Part shown: positions 1 through 13,858 of the stretch, in pieces | Numbering within the stretch: the first letter of the stretch is position 1 | Layout of the letters: every line of letters starts with the position of its first letter | Source of the DNA: Eledone cirrhosa | Lineage: Eukaryota | Length of the DNA stretch: 64,000 bases | Direction: 5' to 3' | NCBI GenBank assembly: GCA_964016885.1 | Contig: OZ024740.1 | Coordinates: 320,292,001 to 320,356,000, forward strand | Notes under the pieces: generated by a model | What the model saw: the letters and a program-made list of their open reading frames with translations, nothing else | Databases searched by the model: none | Told to the model about the DNA's origin: nothing | Position numbers and translations under genes: made by a program

Positions 1-324
1 GGTGAACGAAATATAAATAAGAATAACAACAAAATATTATAAATTACTTATTTAACATTTTATGGCAGTGAGAGAACGGATTGCAAATATGAAACAAGTT
101 CCCTGCGTGGTACTTTCTATGTAACAATGGTCAACAATATAACATTCACAGACAAATTAAATGATCTCATCATTTTTGCATGGTTCTCTTACAGCTAATT
201 TCTAATTAATTGATCAAATGTCTTTATATTTTTCAAGTATATGAACCATTTGCGTTGCGATCCTTTTATGGATAACAGGTTGCTCCTGCAATTCTCGGAT
301 ATGAAACAGTATTTTTAGGAGAAG

Positions 325-600
325 GGATTTCTCTAAATTGAGAGATCACAGCTCCGATACTATGGTATGTGGTTAGAATGTCTCAGGAAAGAATTGCTGG
401 ACAGATTTTACGGGCAAAACCAACTAGCAAAAGACCCAGAGGTAGACCCTGAGTAAGATGGTTGGATAACTGCCTTGCGCTTGGCTGATCACGCTAGGGG
501 ATTAAGCGGATCAGTTGGAGACGGTTCTGACAGGACCCGCTGGAAGGGGTTTTTGAGGACTCCGCCACCACGACCCTCTCAGGCATAAGTAAGCGAAGAA
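325..600 (+). mobile_element. Degenerate 3' fragment of an RTE-clade LINE
   Basis: Manual translation across lesions gives QLRYYG..VVRMSQERIAGQILRAKPTSKRPRGRP*VRWLDN, typical of the RTE ORF C-terminus; boundaries approximate. Confidence 0.65.
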
Positions 601-765
601 GGAATTTTTTTATTGTCCAATGTTTGTCCCTATATCTGGACACTGGTTCTGATTGCGTAATGCTCATGGTGACTATATGGCCACCACTCCATCTTGCATT
701 CAAAGAGTTTTTAAAACATACATAACAAAATGCCACAACCGAGTATTATTATATATTATTATACA

Positions 766-959
766 AGGGCGGTGGATTGGCAGTATCGGTAGAGGGTCGG
801 ATACCATGCTTTCCAGCATAGTTACGTCCCTTTACGATCTGAGTTCAAATCCCGCCGAGGTTGACTTTGCCTTTCATCCTTACGGGGTCGATAAAATAAA
901 GTACCAGTAATGCACTGGTTAATTGCTGGCCTTGTGCCTAAAGTAGAAGCAATTATTAT
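766..959 (+). mobile_element. tRNA-derived SINE (family S1), full length
   Basis: A-box-like tggcagtatcgg, B-box gagttcaaatcc, core gcctttcatccttacggggtcgataaaataaagtaccag, ATT tail. Flanked by attattatatatta (745-758 and 952-965). About 10 copies in the window. Confidence 0.9.
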
Positions 960-999
960 ATATTACATCAATAACAACACAACAATTTAGCGATTTACT

Positions 1000-2209
1000 T
1001 ATATGTCTACTTATATGATGTGTTAATCTTAAAGCGGTGTGATAACCTAATGAATACAAGCCAGTGCTTTCTAAAGCACGCAAAAACAAGTTTTAATGTA
1101 ACGCGGTTAAAATACAAATTAATGTAATACGACAGAGAAAGTTTAGTGACGTCGAGAATCCAAAGTAGTTTACAAACCAGCTTCGAGGGTTGTTCAATAG
1201 GCCCGGGTGACGGAAGCACAACGCAGCAACAAAGCCGTAATTCGATTTCTGATGGCCCGCGGAGGGAGTGTACAATCTGACTCTAAGCCGATGTCTGTAA
1301 TTTTCCAGCAGCACTTTTGCTGAACTTCTTGCGAGAAGTGGCGGATTGGAGGCGAGAGACATCAATTCCTACCATAACAGCCTGTCGCGACTCTCAACTT
1401 GGGAGGTAGTGTTACAAAAAAACGTTCTCAGCAGATGAATTGGCAGAGGTGCAGAGTTAGTATGTGAGGGACACCGCCAGGGTTGGGTGGTCTACCTTAT
1501 ATGTTATACTTCAACAAGCCAGACTTGTTTGCTACGGTCTCAGCATCCCCAGTCGTGTAAGCCGTTAAGAAAGGACCTGATAGAAAACTACTGAACATAA
1601 GACAGAAGGTTTTTGCAATGGTATTTGCCAAGAGGTTCGCACTTGTCATAAGTTGTGTAGCCGGAGATGCGCACACCTGTGCGATTCCTGACAGATCTAT
1701 TCATGACATTCTCTACCTTATAACATACATCGTAGAACGGTTTGGAATTAGATCCGACTTTGGTGAAGTCTGGTCAATTTAGATCTGTTCAAAGCTACTT
1801 GGTGACTGTCCTAAGAGCAGCTGGTTTCGGTTCCGTTTTCAGATGCTGGAACTCTACATTCAGCGGCATTTGTTTAGTGATCAAACTAAATAGTCTCTTA
1901 TCAGAACCCCCCCCCCCCCCCCCCCCCATCCGTAGCATACATTCAATCCAACAGGAATGTCCCTTATCTCCCTCCTCCGTATGTTGGCTTTGGAACCTTT
2001 TCTACGAAGAATGGAGATCTTAAGAAGTATTCCGCTTGATCCTGGTCGCAGGAGATACGTGTCTACACATGCAGATTACTTCAGTCATAGTATTAGACAC
2101 TTCAGACATAGAGGCAGTCGGTGTCCCCCCCCCCCCCTATCCTGTGCTGTCCTTAGTGGATTTTTTTTTTTTTGGTAAACTTTTTGTGGTTAATAAAGAA
2201 ATCATTATT
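1000..2209 (+). mobile_element. Heavily degraded, internally deleted Tx1-like LINE (ORF2 remnant plus 3' terminus)
   Basis: gcgcacacctgtgcgattcctgacagatctattcatgac (AHTCAIPDRSIHD), VLRAAGFG and LALEPFLRR match the Tx1 RT in the array. The end ttgtggttaataaagaaatcattatt is identical to the 3' end of the intact copy. 5' boundary approximate. Confidence 0.75.
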
Positions 2210-2210
2210 G

Positions 2211-2398
2211 TAGATTGGCAGTATCGGCAGAAGGTCGGACGCCATGGTTTGGAGCATAGAGTTACGGCTCTTTACGATCTGAGTTCAAATCCCGCCGAGG
2301 TTAACTTTGCCTTTCATCCTTACGGGGTCGATAAAATAAAGTACCAGTAATGCACTGTGTAATTGCTGGCCTTGTGCCAAACGTAGAAACAATTATTA
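2211..2398 (+). mobile_element. SINE S1, directly after the ATT tail of the Tx1 remnant
   Basis: Near-identical to 766-959. Confidence 0.9.
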
Positions 2399-2429
<31 letters not shown>

Positions 2430-4021
2430 AGTAGTGGTGGTGATGTTTCTGTTGTTGTTGCTATTGTTGTTTTCATTGTTGTTGTTGACATGTTTCTCGA
2501 AGTAAAAGCTTTAGGATTCACTTGAATCACAATCATGGTAATAATGTATTTTAATCTCACCTAAAATAACTTCCATTAACGCAACAGTTAGACCTCATAA
2601 GAGTTAAACGTTGTTTCTTGTTGAATTTTATTAAAGAATATATGACTATATAAAAAATATTGCAGGTGAGATGTGTCAACCGTCTCAAGAGACTAAGTTT
2701 ATTTATGACACATCAAAAGTAGTTTACAGGTGTGTAAAACGAGTAAAAATACTTCACAGATGTAAAAAAAAAACACAACTGAAATCGTCCTTCTATCAAC
2801 GGAACATCCTTAAGGAATGTAAAATGAAATGCTGTTTTGACAGATATACGATACAGACTTAGATTTTAAAATAACGGTTTATAACTTTTTACAGAAGTAA
2901 AATATCAAAGACATGTGGATGTGAGACATAACAAAGGGTCTTTATATACCTAACAGATAAAAGACACTTTTTTTACGGCTGTAGTATATAAAAAGGTTGG
3001 ATATAGATATATAACCTGTCAAATTTTCTATGCAGACGAAACACAATACATTTAATGAATGTAACACCTAAAGATATTTCATACAAATTACAATACAGTA
3101 CTTCATCGACATAACCTACGTCAACATACTCGACAGACGTAGTAGATACATTCACTTAACAGATATTAATACATATCAGCACACACGACAGACTTAACCG
3201 AATTGAAACTGTGCATAGACGTAATATTTCTAAAATAGTGTAGCGAAATAATAACATGCTCAGAAAAAATGTATTGACGTAAGAAGAAATGGAGAAAGGA
3301 AGGAGCTTTGAAGCAAAGAAAAAATGAATGAAAGTAAACAAAAAAAGACGAAAGCAAAGTAAAAAGAACTGATGTATATGTATAAATAAAATGAATGGAT
3401 GAAGACAAGTTGTTGTTTGTTTTTTTTTAGTTTGTAAGTTTGCTGGCTGGCTGGCTGGTTGGTTGTTTTTCTTGTTGTTTTTTCAATAAAACAAAAGGAT
3501 ATGAAACATGAAAAAGGAAAATAGAGTAAAGAAAGAAGAAAATGCATAAATAAACAAATAAATAAAGAAGAAACCAAAGAAAATTATGAAAGATAAAATA
3601 AAATAAATAAAAAGAATAATAAAGAAAAAGAACAGAAGCCCGTGAGAAAAAGATTATGAGAATGAAAACAAACAAAAGATTGAAGGAAAATGGAAATGAA
3701 GAAGAAATAAAAATAAAGAAAAGTAAAAGAAATAAGAGTTGGGAAAATGGAGGATAAAAAAATAAAGGATAAAATAGAAATTGAAAGATTGCTAGTTATT
3801 TTGTGACACTTGTTATGCCTTGCCAAGGGAGATTAACGGTAAGATTGAAATAAAATGAACATAACGAAGAAACTATTTTCTTTATAAATGGTTTGTTGTG
3901 GAAGAAAGGGCCTCTGTGACTGGTGAGATCGAAGCGGCTGAATGTTTGTCTTCAACACCTGTAAATCAACAACTGCTTCGTCGTCAGTGAAGATTTCCTC
4001 AATCTCATTCCAGAAAGTCCT

Positions 4022-6024
4022 GTGAAGGTAGCTCTCGCAGAACCTCCGACGCTTGTGGAGGTTGCAGTGGCTATTTCGAAGCTGAACAGTGGAAGATCTC
4101 CAGGTATGGATGGCATACATGCTGAGCTCCTACAATATGGTGGTGAGAGACTCCTGCAACATCTTCACTCTCTGTTTGGAAGGATATGGGCTAATGAATC
4201 CGTGCCTGAGGACTGGAGAGATGCAGTAATGGTGGTCTTGTACAAGGGAAAGGGTAACAGGAATGATTGTGGGAACTACAGAGGTATATCATTGCTTTCT
4301 GTCGTAGGGAAAGTTTTATGTAGGGTGCTTCTGGACCGTCTGCTGACACACATTGCAGATTGTGTTCTTCCTGAAAATCAATCTGGTTTTCGTGCTGGAC
4401 GCGGCACTACTGATATGATCTTCTCAGCTAGACAGCTCCAGGAGAAGTGCATTGAACAAGGCTTGGATCTGTATCAGGTTTTTGTCGATCTGACAAAGGC
4501 TTTCGATACTGTCAACAGAGATGCATTATGGAAGGTTCTCCAGAAACTTGGTTGCCCTGATAAGTTCCTTGCTTTAGTTAGGTCTTTCCATGACGACATG
4601 AAGGCTTGGGTTAATGTCGGAGGTAACATGTCGGAGCCTATCTCAGTAAAAAATGGAGTGAAACAGGGGGATATTCCAGCACCGACCCTGTTTGCCATAT
4701 ACTTTGCAATGGTTTTCTGTATTGCATTCAGGAATTGCGAGCATGGTGTTTACATCCGATATCGAACCTCAGGCAGCATTTTAACATCAGGCGCTTTGCT
4801 GCGAAGACAAAAGTATTTACATCAATCATAAGAGACCTCTTGTATGCAGATGATTGCGATCTTGTAGCGCACACAGAGAGTGATATGCAGCACATTTTGA
4901 ATGCATTTTCTGACGCTTGCACTGCCCTGGGTTTGACTGTCAGTCTCAAGAAAACCGTCGTCATGTACCAACCTGCCCCTAGTAAGCAGTACACTGAACC
5001 AAACATCTATGTGTATGGCAAACGACTTGGAGTGGTTGATCAGTTTGTCTACCTGGGAAGCACTGTCAATCGATACGGCAACCTTGACAGTGAAATCTCA
5101 CTTAGGATTAGGAAAGCAAGTGATTCTTTCGGAAAGCTAGAAAGGCGACTCTGGGGTCGGCGAGACATATACAGGAGGACAAAGGTAAAGGTGTACAGGG
5201 CATGTGTACTCTCTTGTCTTCTTTATACCTGCGAGACCTGGGTCACATATCGACGCCACCTTAAGCAATTGGAGCGTTTCCATCAGATGTGTCTCAGACG
5301 GATCCATGGCGTTCACTGGAGGGACCACATCAATGATGTCGAGATTTTGGAAAGCTCTATGTGTGACAGTATAGAAGCTCTTGTGCTTAAGCAACGACTC
5401 CGTTGGAGTGGTCACCTTGCCAGGATGAAGGATTCTAGAATACCAAAACAACTCTTCTATGGAGAGTTGGTTAAAGGAAAACGACCGCCACATAAACCAA
5501 AAAAGAGGTATAAGGATTCCTTGAAAGCTTCTCTGAAAGACGCTAACATCTCTGCTGATACATGGGAAAATATTGCTGCTGATCGTAATAAATGGAGAAA
5601 GACTGTATATGAGGGAAAAGTTGCCTTTGAGGCATCTTGAATCGCACACGAGAAAGTAAAGCGGGATGTGAGGAAGGGTATTGCTGTTGCACTTCCAGAC
5701 GGCGAGGGTCCTCCTATGGTGCTGACATGCAGCGTCTGTGCGAGACTCTGCCTAAGCAAAGCTGGACTCGAACGTCATCTTCGCAGTCATAAAGTAAGAC
5801 CAGTGGTTGACTACCAGGCTCCTGTTGGAGATGCTATTCATCATGCTTGCCAAACATGTGGTAGAGAATGTAAATCAGCAGGAGGGCTCATGCGACATGC
5901 AAAAGTACACGAACTCCAACCACAGCCGACTATTCCCAGTGAATGTTTTGGTTGCCGACTCTGTGCAAGACATTTTAGATCATTAGATGGGCTAAAAAGC
6001 CACATTCGATCGCAGCACTGTTAG
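4022..6024 (+). pseudogene. RTE reverse transcriptase with three C-terminal C2H2 zinc fingers; one frameshift (~4780) and one in-frame TGA (5638-5640)
   Basis: Motifs NYRGISLL, QSGFR, FVDLTKAFDTV, GVKQG, LYADD, YLGS, RLRWSGH. Fingers CSVC..HLRSH, CQTC..HAKVH, CRLC..HIRSQH. ORFs 4735 and 5668 are in the same frame. Confidence 0.92.
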
Positions 6025-6032
6025 TTGCTATC

Positions 6033-6137
6033 GTGTGTGTGTGTGTGTGTGTAGATATGCTTATGTGCGTGCGTGTGTGTGTATATATATATGAATATGT
6101 ATATTATTATTGTTGTTGTCGTTATTATTATTATTGC

Positions 6138-6195
<58 letters not shown>

Positions 6196-6263
6196 GTTAT
6201 TAATGTATGTGTGTATATATGTGCGTGTGTATGTGTATGTATGTGTGTATGTATATATGTATG

Positions 6264-6346
<83 letters not shown>

Positions 6347-6430
6347 CTTTTTTTTTATTTATTTATTTATTATTATTATTATTACTATTATTTTATTTTA
6401 TTTTATTTTATTTATTTTTTTTTTTTTTCT
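6033..6430. repeat. Compound microsatellite (GT)n/(ATT)n/(TA)n inside the RTE 3' UTR
   Basis: Directly visible. Confidence 0.95.
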
Positions 6431-6480
6431 CGTGCAATGGCCATACTCGATAACGAGGGGGCAGCCATCATGTATGTATG

Positions 6481-7092
6481 CTACTGGTAACATGTATCCC
6501 AGTACAACCTGTCTCATGGCCGGGTCGTTGGCGACTAAACTGGCAACCCCACCAAGGTTTCTGGTGAGGAGGGTGACTTTAGACATCCTGCAGGACTAAA
6601 AACAAAACCTGTCAAAGGGCGAAGGAGCTCTTAAGAGTCAATGGCCATCCAAAATCACCGGGAGAGATGACCCCTTGGCCTTTGTCAGGGCAGAATTCTA
6701 GGAGAAGGAAAACTCTGATATAACACCTGCAACCCTGATGGTATCCAATGATGTTGACTTGTTCTTCTTTTTGGTAAATATCATCTTGGTTAAGAGAGTG
6801 GGACTGGCCTTGTGCAGTGCCTTTGCTCACTATAAAAGCTTCACGGCACAGGCATTGCTTTATATCTGGAGATCTCTCTGCACTTGTCATCACAGGGTAC
6901 AATGGGCACAGCACTATGTGTCAGTAATTGTCACAAGTGTAGTGTTTGTACCAGAGTTTTCAAGTCGCTGGCTGGACTAAAAAGTCACACTCGTTCAGCG
7001 CATCAGTAGGGGTTCTCCTACATGGATATAAAGTAGTGGCCGTACTCGAAAACGAGTTGGCAGCCACCATGTATGTATGTATGTATGTATGT
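6481..7092 (+). mobile_element. Non-autonomous RTE derivative (short element with the RTE 3' tail)
   Basis: Ends gtggccgtactcgaaaacgagttggcagccacc(atgt)n, homologous to the RTE tail at 6439-6480. No ORF. Starts immediately after the LINE tail. Confidence 0.6.
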
Positions 7093-7977
7093 TCTTCTGG
7101 TTTTATAATTTCACAAATGTTTACCAATAGAGAGAGATTCGGTTTCTAACATAGACACAAGACTCTCTCATTGGAATTTACACAGCGTCTACTAGGTAGG
7201 TTATGTATGCATGCCTGCATGCATGTGTAGATATGGATGTTATTGTATGTGTGGATGTGGATGTTTTGAGTTGTATGTGTGCATGTATCTGTACAATCTT
7301 TGTATCTGTACATGTGTATATGCAGTTATTAGATGCAAAATGTTTGGAATGTTTTACATACTTTTACTGTTCCATTAATGGATTGTACTTGAAATTTCCT
7401 AACTAGTTGTGTTCTTTCTGTTCCTGTGAAGCCTAGTTTCTCAAGATTTGTATTGAGGCAGTTACTAACATACCCCAGTGCCCCAATAATCCCAAGCATA
7501 AATCTGAAGGTATAGTCAGGGTGGAATATCTACAGATTTCTCATTAGTTCTGCCTAAGTATTCTCCTTTTCGCTAATCTTTGATATTATATTGGCATCTG
7601 CTGGGCAGCTAACTTCCACTACTGTGTATGTATGTATGTATGTATGTATGTATGTATGTATGTATGTATGTATGTATGTATGTATGTATGTATGTATGTA
7701 TGTATATTTATATATATATATATATATATAGTAATAATAATAAATTTGAAAACTAAAATCCAAAGAGGGCTCGATAAGGATAAATATATATCAGATATAT
7801 AAGAACCGTAGAGCAAATATTTATTAAAATAACAGATTAAAGTTTAAGCAAAGAATCGCTGCTTTCACTCTTAATCATATATATGAATGTATGTATAGTA
7901 TATTTGGCAATATACCGTATTAAAAACATTTAGAAGACCATTCGCTATCAGTTTTAAAGTAGTGACTATGTCACTTA

Positions 7978-8068
7978 TTTTCGGCAAGGGCAGGGAGAGA
8001 TGCTGACAGTATGTTTCTCGCTGTTTGGCGTTTATCAAAACCATTCACTCCCCTGCCTTTGCCGAAAA
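7978..8068 (-). ncRNA. Type I hammerhead ribozyme motif, U3-A8 core (repeat family H1)
   Basis: Minus strand: ggtt-TTGATAA-acgc caaaca gcga-GAAAC-atact-GTC-agc, enclosed by the long stem ttttcggcaaaggcagggga / tctccctgcccttgccgaaaa. Confidence 0.65.
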
Positions 8069-8136
8069 GATAGCAACCAGAACCATCCGATATATTAAAA
8101 GTTAGTAGATAATATGTTAGTAGATATACTAAATTC

Positions 8137-8276
<140 letters not shown>

Positions 8277-8747
8277 CAGTTAAAAACTCACAATAGTCCC
8301 CTATAATCGAATTAGCTCAAGGAAAAAATGTTTCCGACCCTAATAATACAGTAAAGAGATACAAACACAGATATACAACTATATGTGTTCAAATCACAAG
8401 GGACAGAAACCGCCAGGGTGAAGAAAATACTGACTAAAATAGTATGGTTTACAGAACTCAATCAAAAGGATAAATCGAGATATATAAACCTACCATGACA
8501 ACTATCTTGTATCTTACGGGTAGAACTGTTTCACAAAATTCACTGAAGAGAATTACGGGTGTGATGTTTTTCAACGGATACTCACGACATGTAACCTTCT
8601 CACTACTAAGTTTCTAAATAGCAAATGTGTGTTAAGAGAGAAAGCACATGGTTCTCACGTGCCGGGCGGATCGAATAGAACGTAAGGTTACCAGAAAAAA
8701 TAGCAACCAGAACCATCCGATATATTAAAAGTTCTACAAAAGCAAAG

Positions 8748-9560
8748 GAGCCAATCTGTTCGGGAGGACTTTCCGTCCAGGGCCCATAGATAACTTCCAG
8801 AAGTCTCTGGCCTGGCAGTGCTACCGAGGAGCTCTACCAGTTCGAGACAAAATCTACAGGCGCGGACGCCCTGACCGAGATCCTGCCAAAAGGACCTGTC
8901 CAAGATACGAGCAGGACATCGAAACCGTTCTGCACGCAATTGTTCAGTGCCCAGGGGTGACCGACCTGTGGAATTATGTCGAACAGCTACTGTCACGTGT
9001 GGGGTGCATCCAGTTGTCAGCTGAGTCCATCGTGAGGATCACCCAGCCGCCTTCATTTAAGAATGAAGTAGAAGCGGTTTTCCTCTGTCTGGTGGCTATG
9101 GCGAAAGAGGTAATATGGTGGACGAGGTTGAAAGGACTGAGGGCAAACACCTTTCTCTCCGGACAACAACTTATCCCCTTCTTTAAGTACCACTTCAGAA
9201 GGAAGATGAGAGTGGAGAGAGAGGTGCTACACCCCAGTAAATTCGCTGAAAGGTGGGTGAATGTGGCGAAAATGGCCCGAGTGAATGGGCCTTCTCTGTA
9301 TATAAACCTGTAGGTTGAGGAAGATAAACGGGGGGGGGGCAGAAACACCTACAAAACGTGTTCCTGGTGTTGAGGGTTGTTCTATCCACGGGGTGTAAAA
9401 CAACCCTGCAGTAACGTTCCCTCCTATTGGGGATTTCAATTGTTATTTTATTATATATATAGTTTATTGTTATAAAGTTATATGATTTTTATGTAAAAGC
9501 CCCGCCGTCACGTCTTGTAATGTCCCATTTTTGTACGCCCCTGTGACAAATAAAGAAAGA
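8748..9560 (+). mobile_element. 5'-truncated Tx1-like LINE (ORF2 C-terminus and 3' UTR) followed by (TATC)n
   Basis: ORF 8957-9313 (VFLCLVAMAKEVIWWTRLKGL...ERWVNVAKMARVNGP) matches the end of ORF2 in the array. aataaagaaag is followed by (tatc)n at 9561-9620. Confidence 0.9.
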
Positions 9561-9611
<51 letters not shown>

Positions 9612-9706
9612 ATCTATATCTATTTATTCTTTGAGCTTATTTTGACGCATGTTTGAGATTATCTCAAACATGACATCTATAACTTTGAATGTAATATATA
9701 TATATT

Positions 9707-9737
<31 letters not shown>

Positions 9738-10208
9738 TTAAAAACTCACGATAGTCTGGACCTTGATATTGTGAGCCGGCCACTCTAACCATTAAGCAAC
9801 TAAGTAACGCGCCTTCACGTCGATCATTAACAGACGATACAATTGCTAGTTTCAACATCTTATACGGAACAGCAGATTCGTTGTGATCTATGGTTGTCTG
9901 CTGTCTAGATCTTAATACATGTTGCTTGAGAGCATTGGAATTATAAATATATTGATTGGAAACATTCAAAGGAATCATCTTTTTGTCAACTAAGGAACCA
10001 ACCGCAATCATTTCCGTTGAAACATTTGCTATCGTTTGCATGAACGTACTTTCTTTCATAACCTTTGATCCTTCTTATTTCCTTTCTTTTCAGTCTTCTT
10101 TCTCTCTTTCTTTTCTTTATAATATTTCTCACACAATATTGAAAGAATTATAACAAAGAGGTTTTGTCTTTGCTATTGTCAGGAAAGAAGGAAATAGAGA
10201 AAGAATGA

Positions 10209-10276
<68 letters not shown>

Positions 10277-10508
10277 ATGAATAAATGAATGAAAGAGAGA
10301 AGGAAAGAAAGAATGAATGAATGAATGAAAGAAGAAGAAGAAGAAGAAGAAGAAGAAGAAGAAGAAGAAGAAGAAGAAGAAGAAGAAGAAGAAGAACGAT
10401 GAACGATGAACGAACGAAAGACAATATTGATTAATAAAACAACAACAATAATAACAGCAACATCCTCAACCGCTTTTTGCCTTTTCTCATATTTACTCCT
10501 TTTCGTCA

Positions 10509-10828
10509 TCTATATATATAAAACATAATCTCTTTATCGTCATCTCCTTATAATATATAACCAGCAATTTCTCTGTCTGTCTGTCCGACAGTGGAAACAC
10601 GTGCGCGCGTGCGAATGTTTTTTGCGCACGCGACGCGTAGAGAGAGAGTGAGAGTGAAAGAAAGAGACAGACTACAAGAGGGGGATAGCGGGAGGGAGAG
10701 AGGGGGAATTGAGGAGTGCTACAGAAACATATATACATTTCTGTGTGTGTGTAATATATATATATATATATACACACACAGAAATATATATATATACACA
10801 CAGAAATATATATACATTTCTGTGTGTG

Positions 10829-10869
<41 letters not shown>

Positions 10870-11865
10870 GAAATGTATATATATTTCTGTGTGTATATAT
10901 ATATATATTACACACACAGAAATGTATATATATATATATATATACACACAGAAATATATATACATCCCTTAGCTACTGTACTGTATCTGTTGCTATCCCT
11001 CTCTCTCTCCAGCTATCCCTCTCTTTTAGTCTGTCTGTTTCTCTCACTCTCACTCTTTCTCTTTGTAACACACTAACATTCCTCCCCTCTATCGCTGTGA
11101 CGAATGGGGAGATGGAGGAGGAGGAGAGAGAGTCACTTCGTCACTTCACCTCTGCCTTTCTTTCTCTCCCCTCTCACTCCCTTATTACGTACAGACATTA
11201 GGGCGGTGGATTGGCAGAATCTGTAGAGAGTCGGACACCATGCTTCAGAGCATGGAGTTACGTCTCTTTACGGTCTGAGTTCAAATACCGCCGAAGTTAA
11301 CTTTGCCTTTCATCCTCACGGGGTCGATAAAATAAAGTACCAGTAATGTACTGGGTAATTGCTGGCCTTGTGCCAAAAGTAGAAACAATTATTAGAAACA
11401 TTGCTTCATTTTTACATATCTAAGCATTAGTAAAATAACTAATAATTTCAAAAGTAATTTTTCAATTCCAATTGTTATGAACAGCAAAACATTAATAATA
11501 ATTTTGTTCTAAGAAATATATATACATTTTTGTGTGTGTAATATATATATATATACGCACACAAATATATATACATTTCTGTGTGTGTCATATATATATA
11601 TACACACAGAAATATATATACATTTCTGTGTGTGTAATATATATATATATACACACACAGAAATATATATATATATACACACAGAAATATATATACATTT
11701 CAGGTGTGTGTAATATATATATACACACAGAAATATATATACATTTCTGTGTGTGTAATATATATATATATATACACACACACATAAATATATATACATT
11801 TCTGTGTGTGTAATATATATATATATATGTATATATATATACACACAGAAATATATGGGCATTTC

Positions 11866-11907
<42 letters not shown>

Positions 11908-12643
11908 CTTCCCTAAAACTCAAATGAAGGTGCTACAGAAATATTACCTTCCCCTTCCTTTCTCCGCTTTGGTACTACCAAGAGAAACACTGTCGCTATA
12001 GAAACATTACCTTCCCCTCTCCACTGGATTTGGTCACTGAGGCCGAGGGAATCGCTGGTTGCTATAGAGACACCTTGCACAAGCCAGAAGTAACCAGTTC
12101 GAGGCGGTTCTGACTTGACACCATGCCAAGTCTACTTATAATATATAATGGGCATTTCTCTGTTTGTTTGTCTGTCTGTCCGTCTGTAAAAAATGCCAAG
12201 GAAACAAATAGACGCGGTTTCAAATCTCTATGCTTTTCAAATTCATTACCTTATCTTTATTTATACGTTTTGCTTTACGAGTGTTTCGACTTACGAGTGT
12301 TTCGGCTTACGAGTGTTTCGGCTTATCATTATATATAAACGTTTCTATTTCCATCGTTTTATCGTAAACGTTTATATATTTCCATCGTTATATCATAACG
12401 TTTATGTATCATAACGTTTATATTTCCGTCACTAATCTCTTTTTCTCCTTTTTCGTTTTAACATATATTTATTTCAAAGATTTCACCGTATAGATAACAT
12501 ATATATTTATACATGCATAAAAGACACACCGAGAGACGGTGAACATGTGGTGCCGAAAACATTTCTCATCCAAATCTCAACAATATCAGTATATACACTA
12601 GATTTACTAGCAGAAAACCGCCCACCGGGTGGTTTTCTGCTAG
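10509..12643 (+). mobile_element. Cluster of non-autonomous Helitron-like pieces with internal minisatellites
   Basis: TC starts at 10509 (tctatatatataaaac), ~10544 and ~12131 (tctNcttataatatataa). 3' hairpin plus CTAG at 12606-12643. Minisatellites at 10725-10960 and 11512-11855. Confidence 0.55.
11200..11393 (+). mobile_element. SINE S1
   Basis: Homologous to 766-959. Confidence 0.9.
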
Positions 12644-13499
12644 TCTATATATATAAAACAGAGGATGTCTGTCTGTGTGTCTGTTTCCCTAAAACTCGAG
12701 AAGTACCCAACCGTTTTTTTTTTCAAACTTTACAAATGTAATACTTATGGACCTATTGAGTGTTCTGAACAAAATAAATTTCAAATTTTCAATGCCCTAG
12801 GGACCGCATTAGGCGATTTAGCGATCCATTTCTCTTTCTCTTAGTCTTTCTCTTTTTAGATAGATACATAGATATGACGTCGCGCCTTCATAATATCTGT
12901 CTGTGTGCCTGACTGTCTGCATTACGTCATTATGACGCGATCAGTGTGCGTTTATATATTCTTATGCCAGGGAACGTCTTCACGAACCAAAGTATCGTCT
13001 TCCTGTTTTCCAGATTGATTTTTTTAGTTTAAGAAGATCCCGTTAAGGTTGAAAGCAGCGATTCTTTGCTTAAACATTAATATGTTATTTTAATATAGAT
13101 ATTCGTGTACAGATATTTTTGCATACACAAAAACAAAATATAAACAAACAAGGCCAAAGATTACATCAGTTAGTCTTAGTGTACTTCATACTGCTTTTAG
13201 GTAGAATATCCCGTTAAGGGTGAAAGCAGCGATTCATTTTCTGCGTTCACAGATTGATTTTTTTTAGTTTCAGAAGATCCCGTTAAGTGTGAAAGCAGTG
13301 ATTCTTTGCTTAAACTTTAATCTGTTATTTTAATATATATATATATATAATTATATATTCATGGACAGATATTTTTGCATACACAATAACAAAATATAAA
13401 CAAACGTATTTATTTCACGAGGCTCGATAAGGATAAATATATATCAAATATATAAGAACCCTAGAGCAAATCCCGAGCAACGCCGGGCCAGTCTGCTAG
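12644..13499 (+). mobile_element. Non-autonomous Helitron, unit 1
   Basis: 5' TCtatatatataaaac; 3' hairpin cccgagcaacgccggg followed by CTAG|T. Confidence 0.8.
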
Positions 13500-13822
13500 T
13501 CTATATATATAAAACAAAGAATGTCTGTGTATCTGTTTCCCTAAAACTCGAGAACTACCCAACCGTTTTTTTTCAAACTTTACACATGTAATACTTATGG
13601 TCCTATTGAGTATTCTGAGCAAAACAAATTTCAAATTGTCAATGCCCTACCGTATTAGGCAATTTAACGATCTCTTTCTCTTTCTCTTAGTCTTTCTCTT
13701 TTTAGATAGATACATAGATATGACGTCGCGCCTTCATAATATCTGTCTGTATGCCTGACTGTCTGCATTACGACATTATGACGCGATCAGTGTGTGTGTG
13801 TATATATGTATATATATATATA

Positions 13823-13858
<36 letters not shown>

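Larger units (their letters stand above)
3910..6480 (+). mobile_element. 5'-truncated RTE-clade LINE
   Basis: RT ORF remnant, microsatellite-filled 3' UTR, terminal motif ggccatactcgataacgagggggcagccatc followed by (atgt)n. 5' boundary approximate. Confidence 0.9.

Noticed and set aside
5638-5640. TGA in the RTE ORF as selenocysteine or programmed readthrough
   Set aside because: Not at a cysteine-type position, and the copy also has a frameshift; CGA-to-TGA decay is simpler.
8515-8582. Minus-strand TTGAAAA...GAAAC hammerhead-like motif
   Set aside because: Stem I and the stem III/cleavage triplet cannot be paired convincingly.
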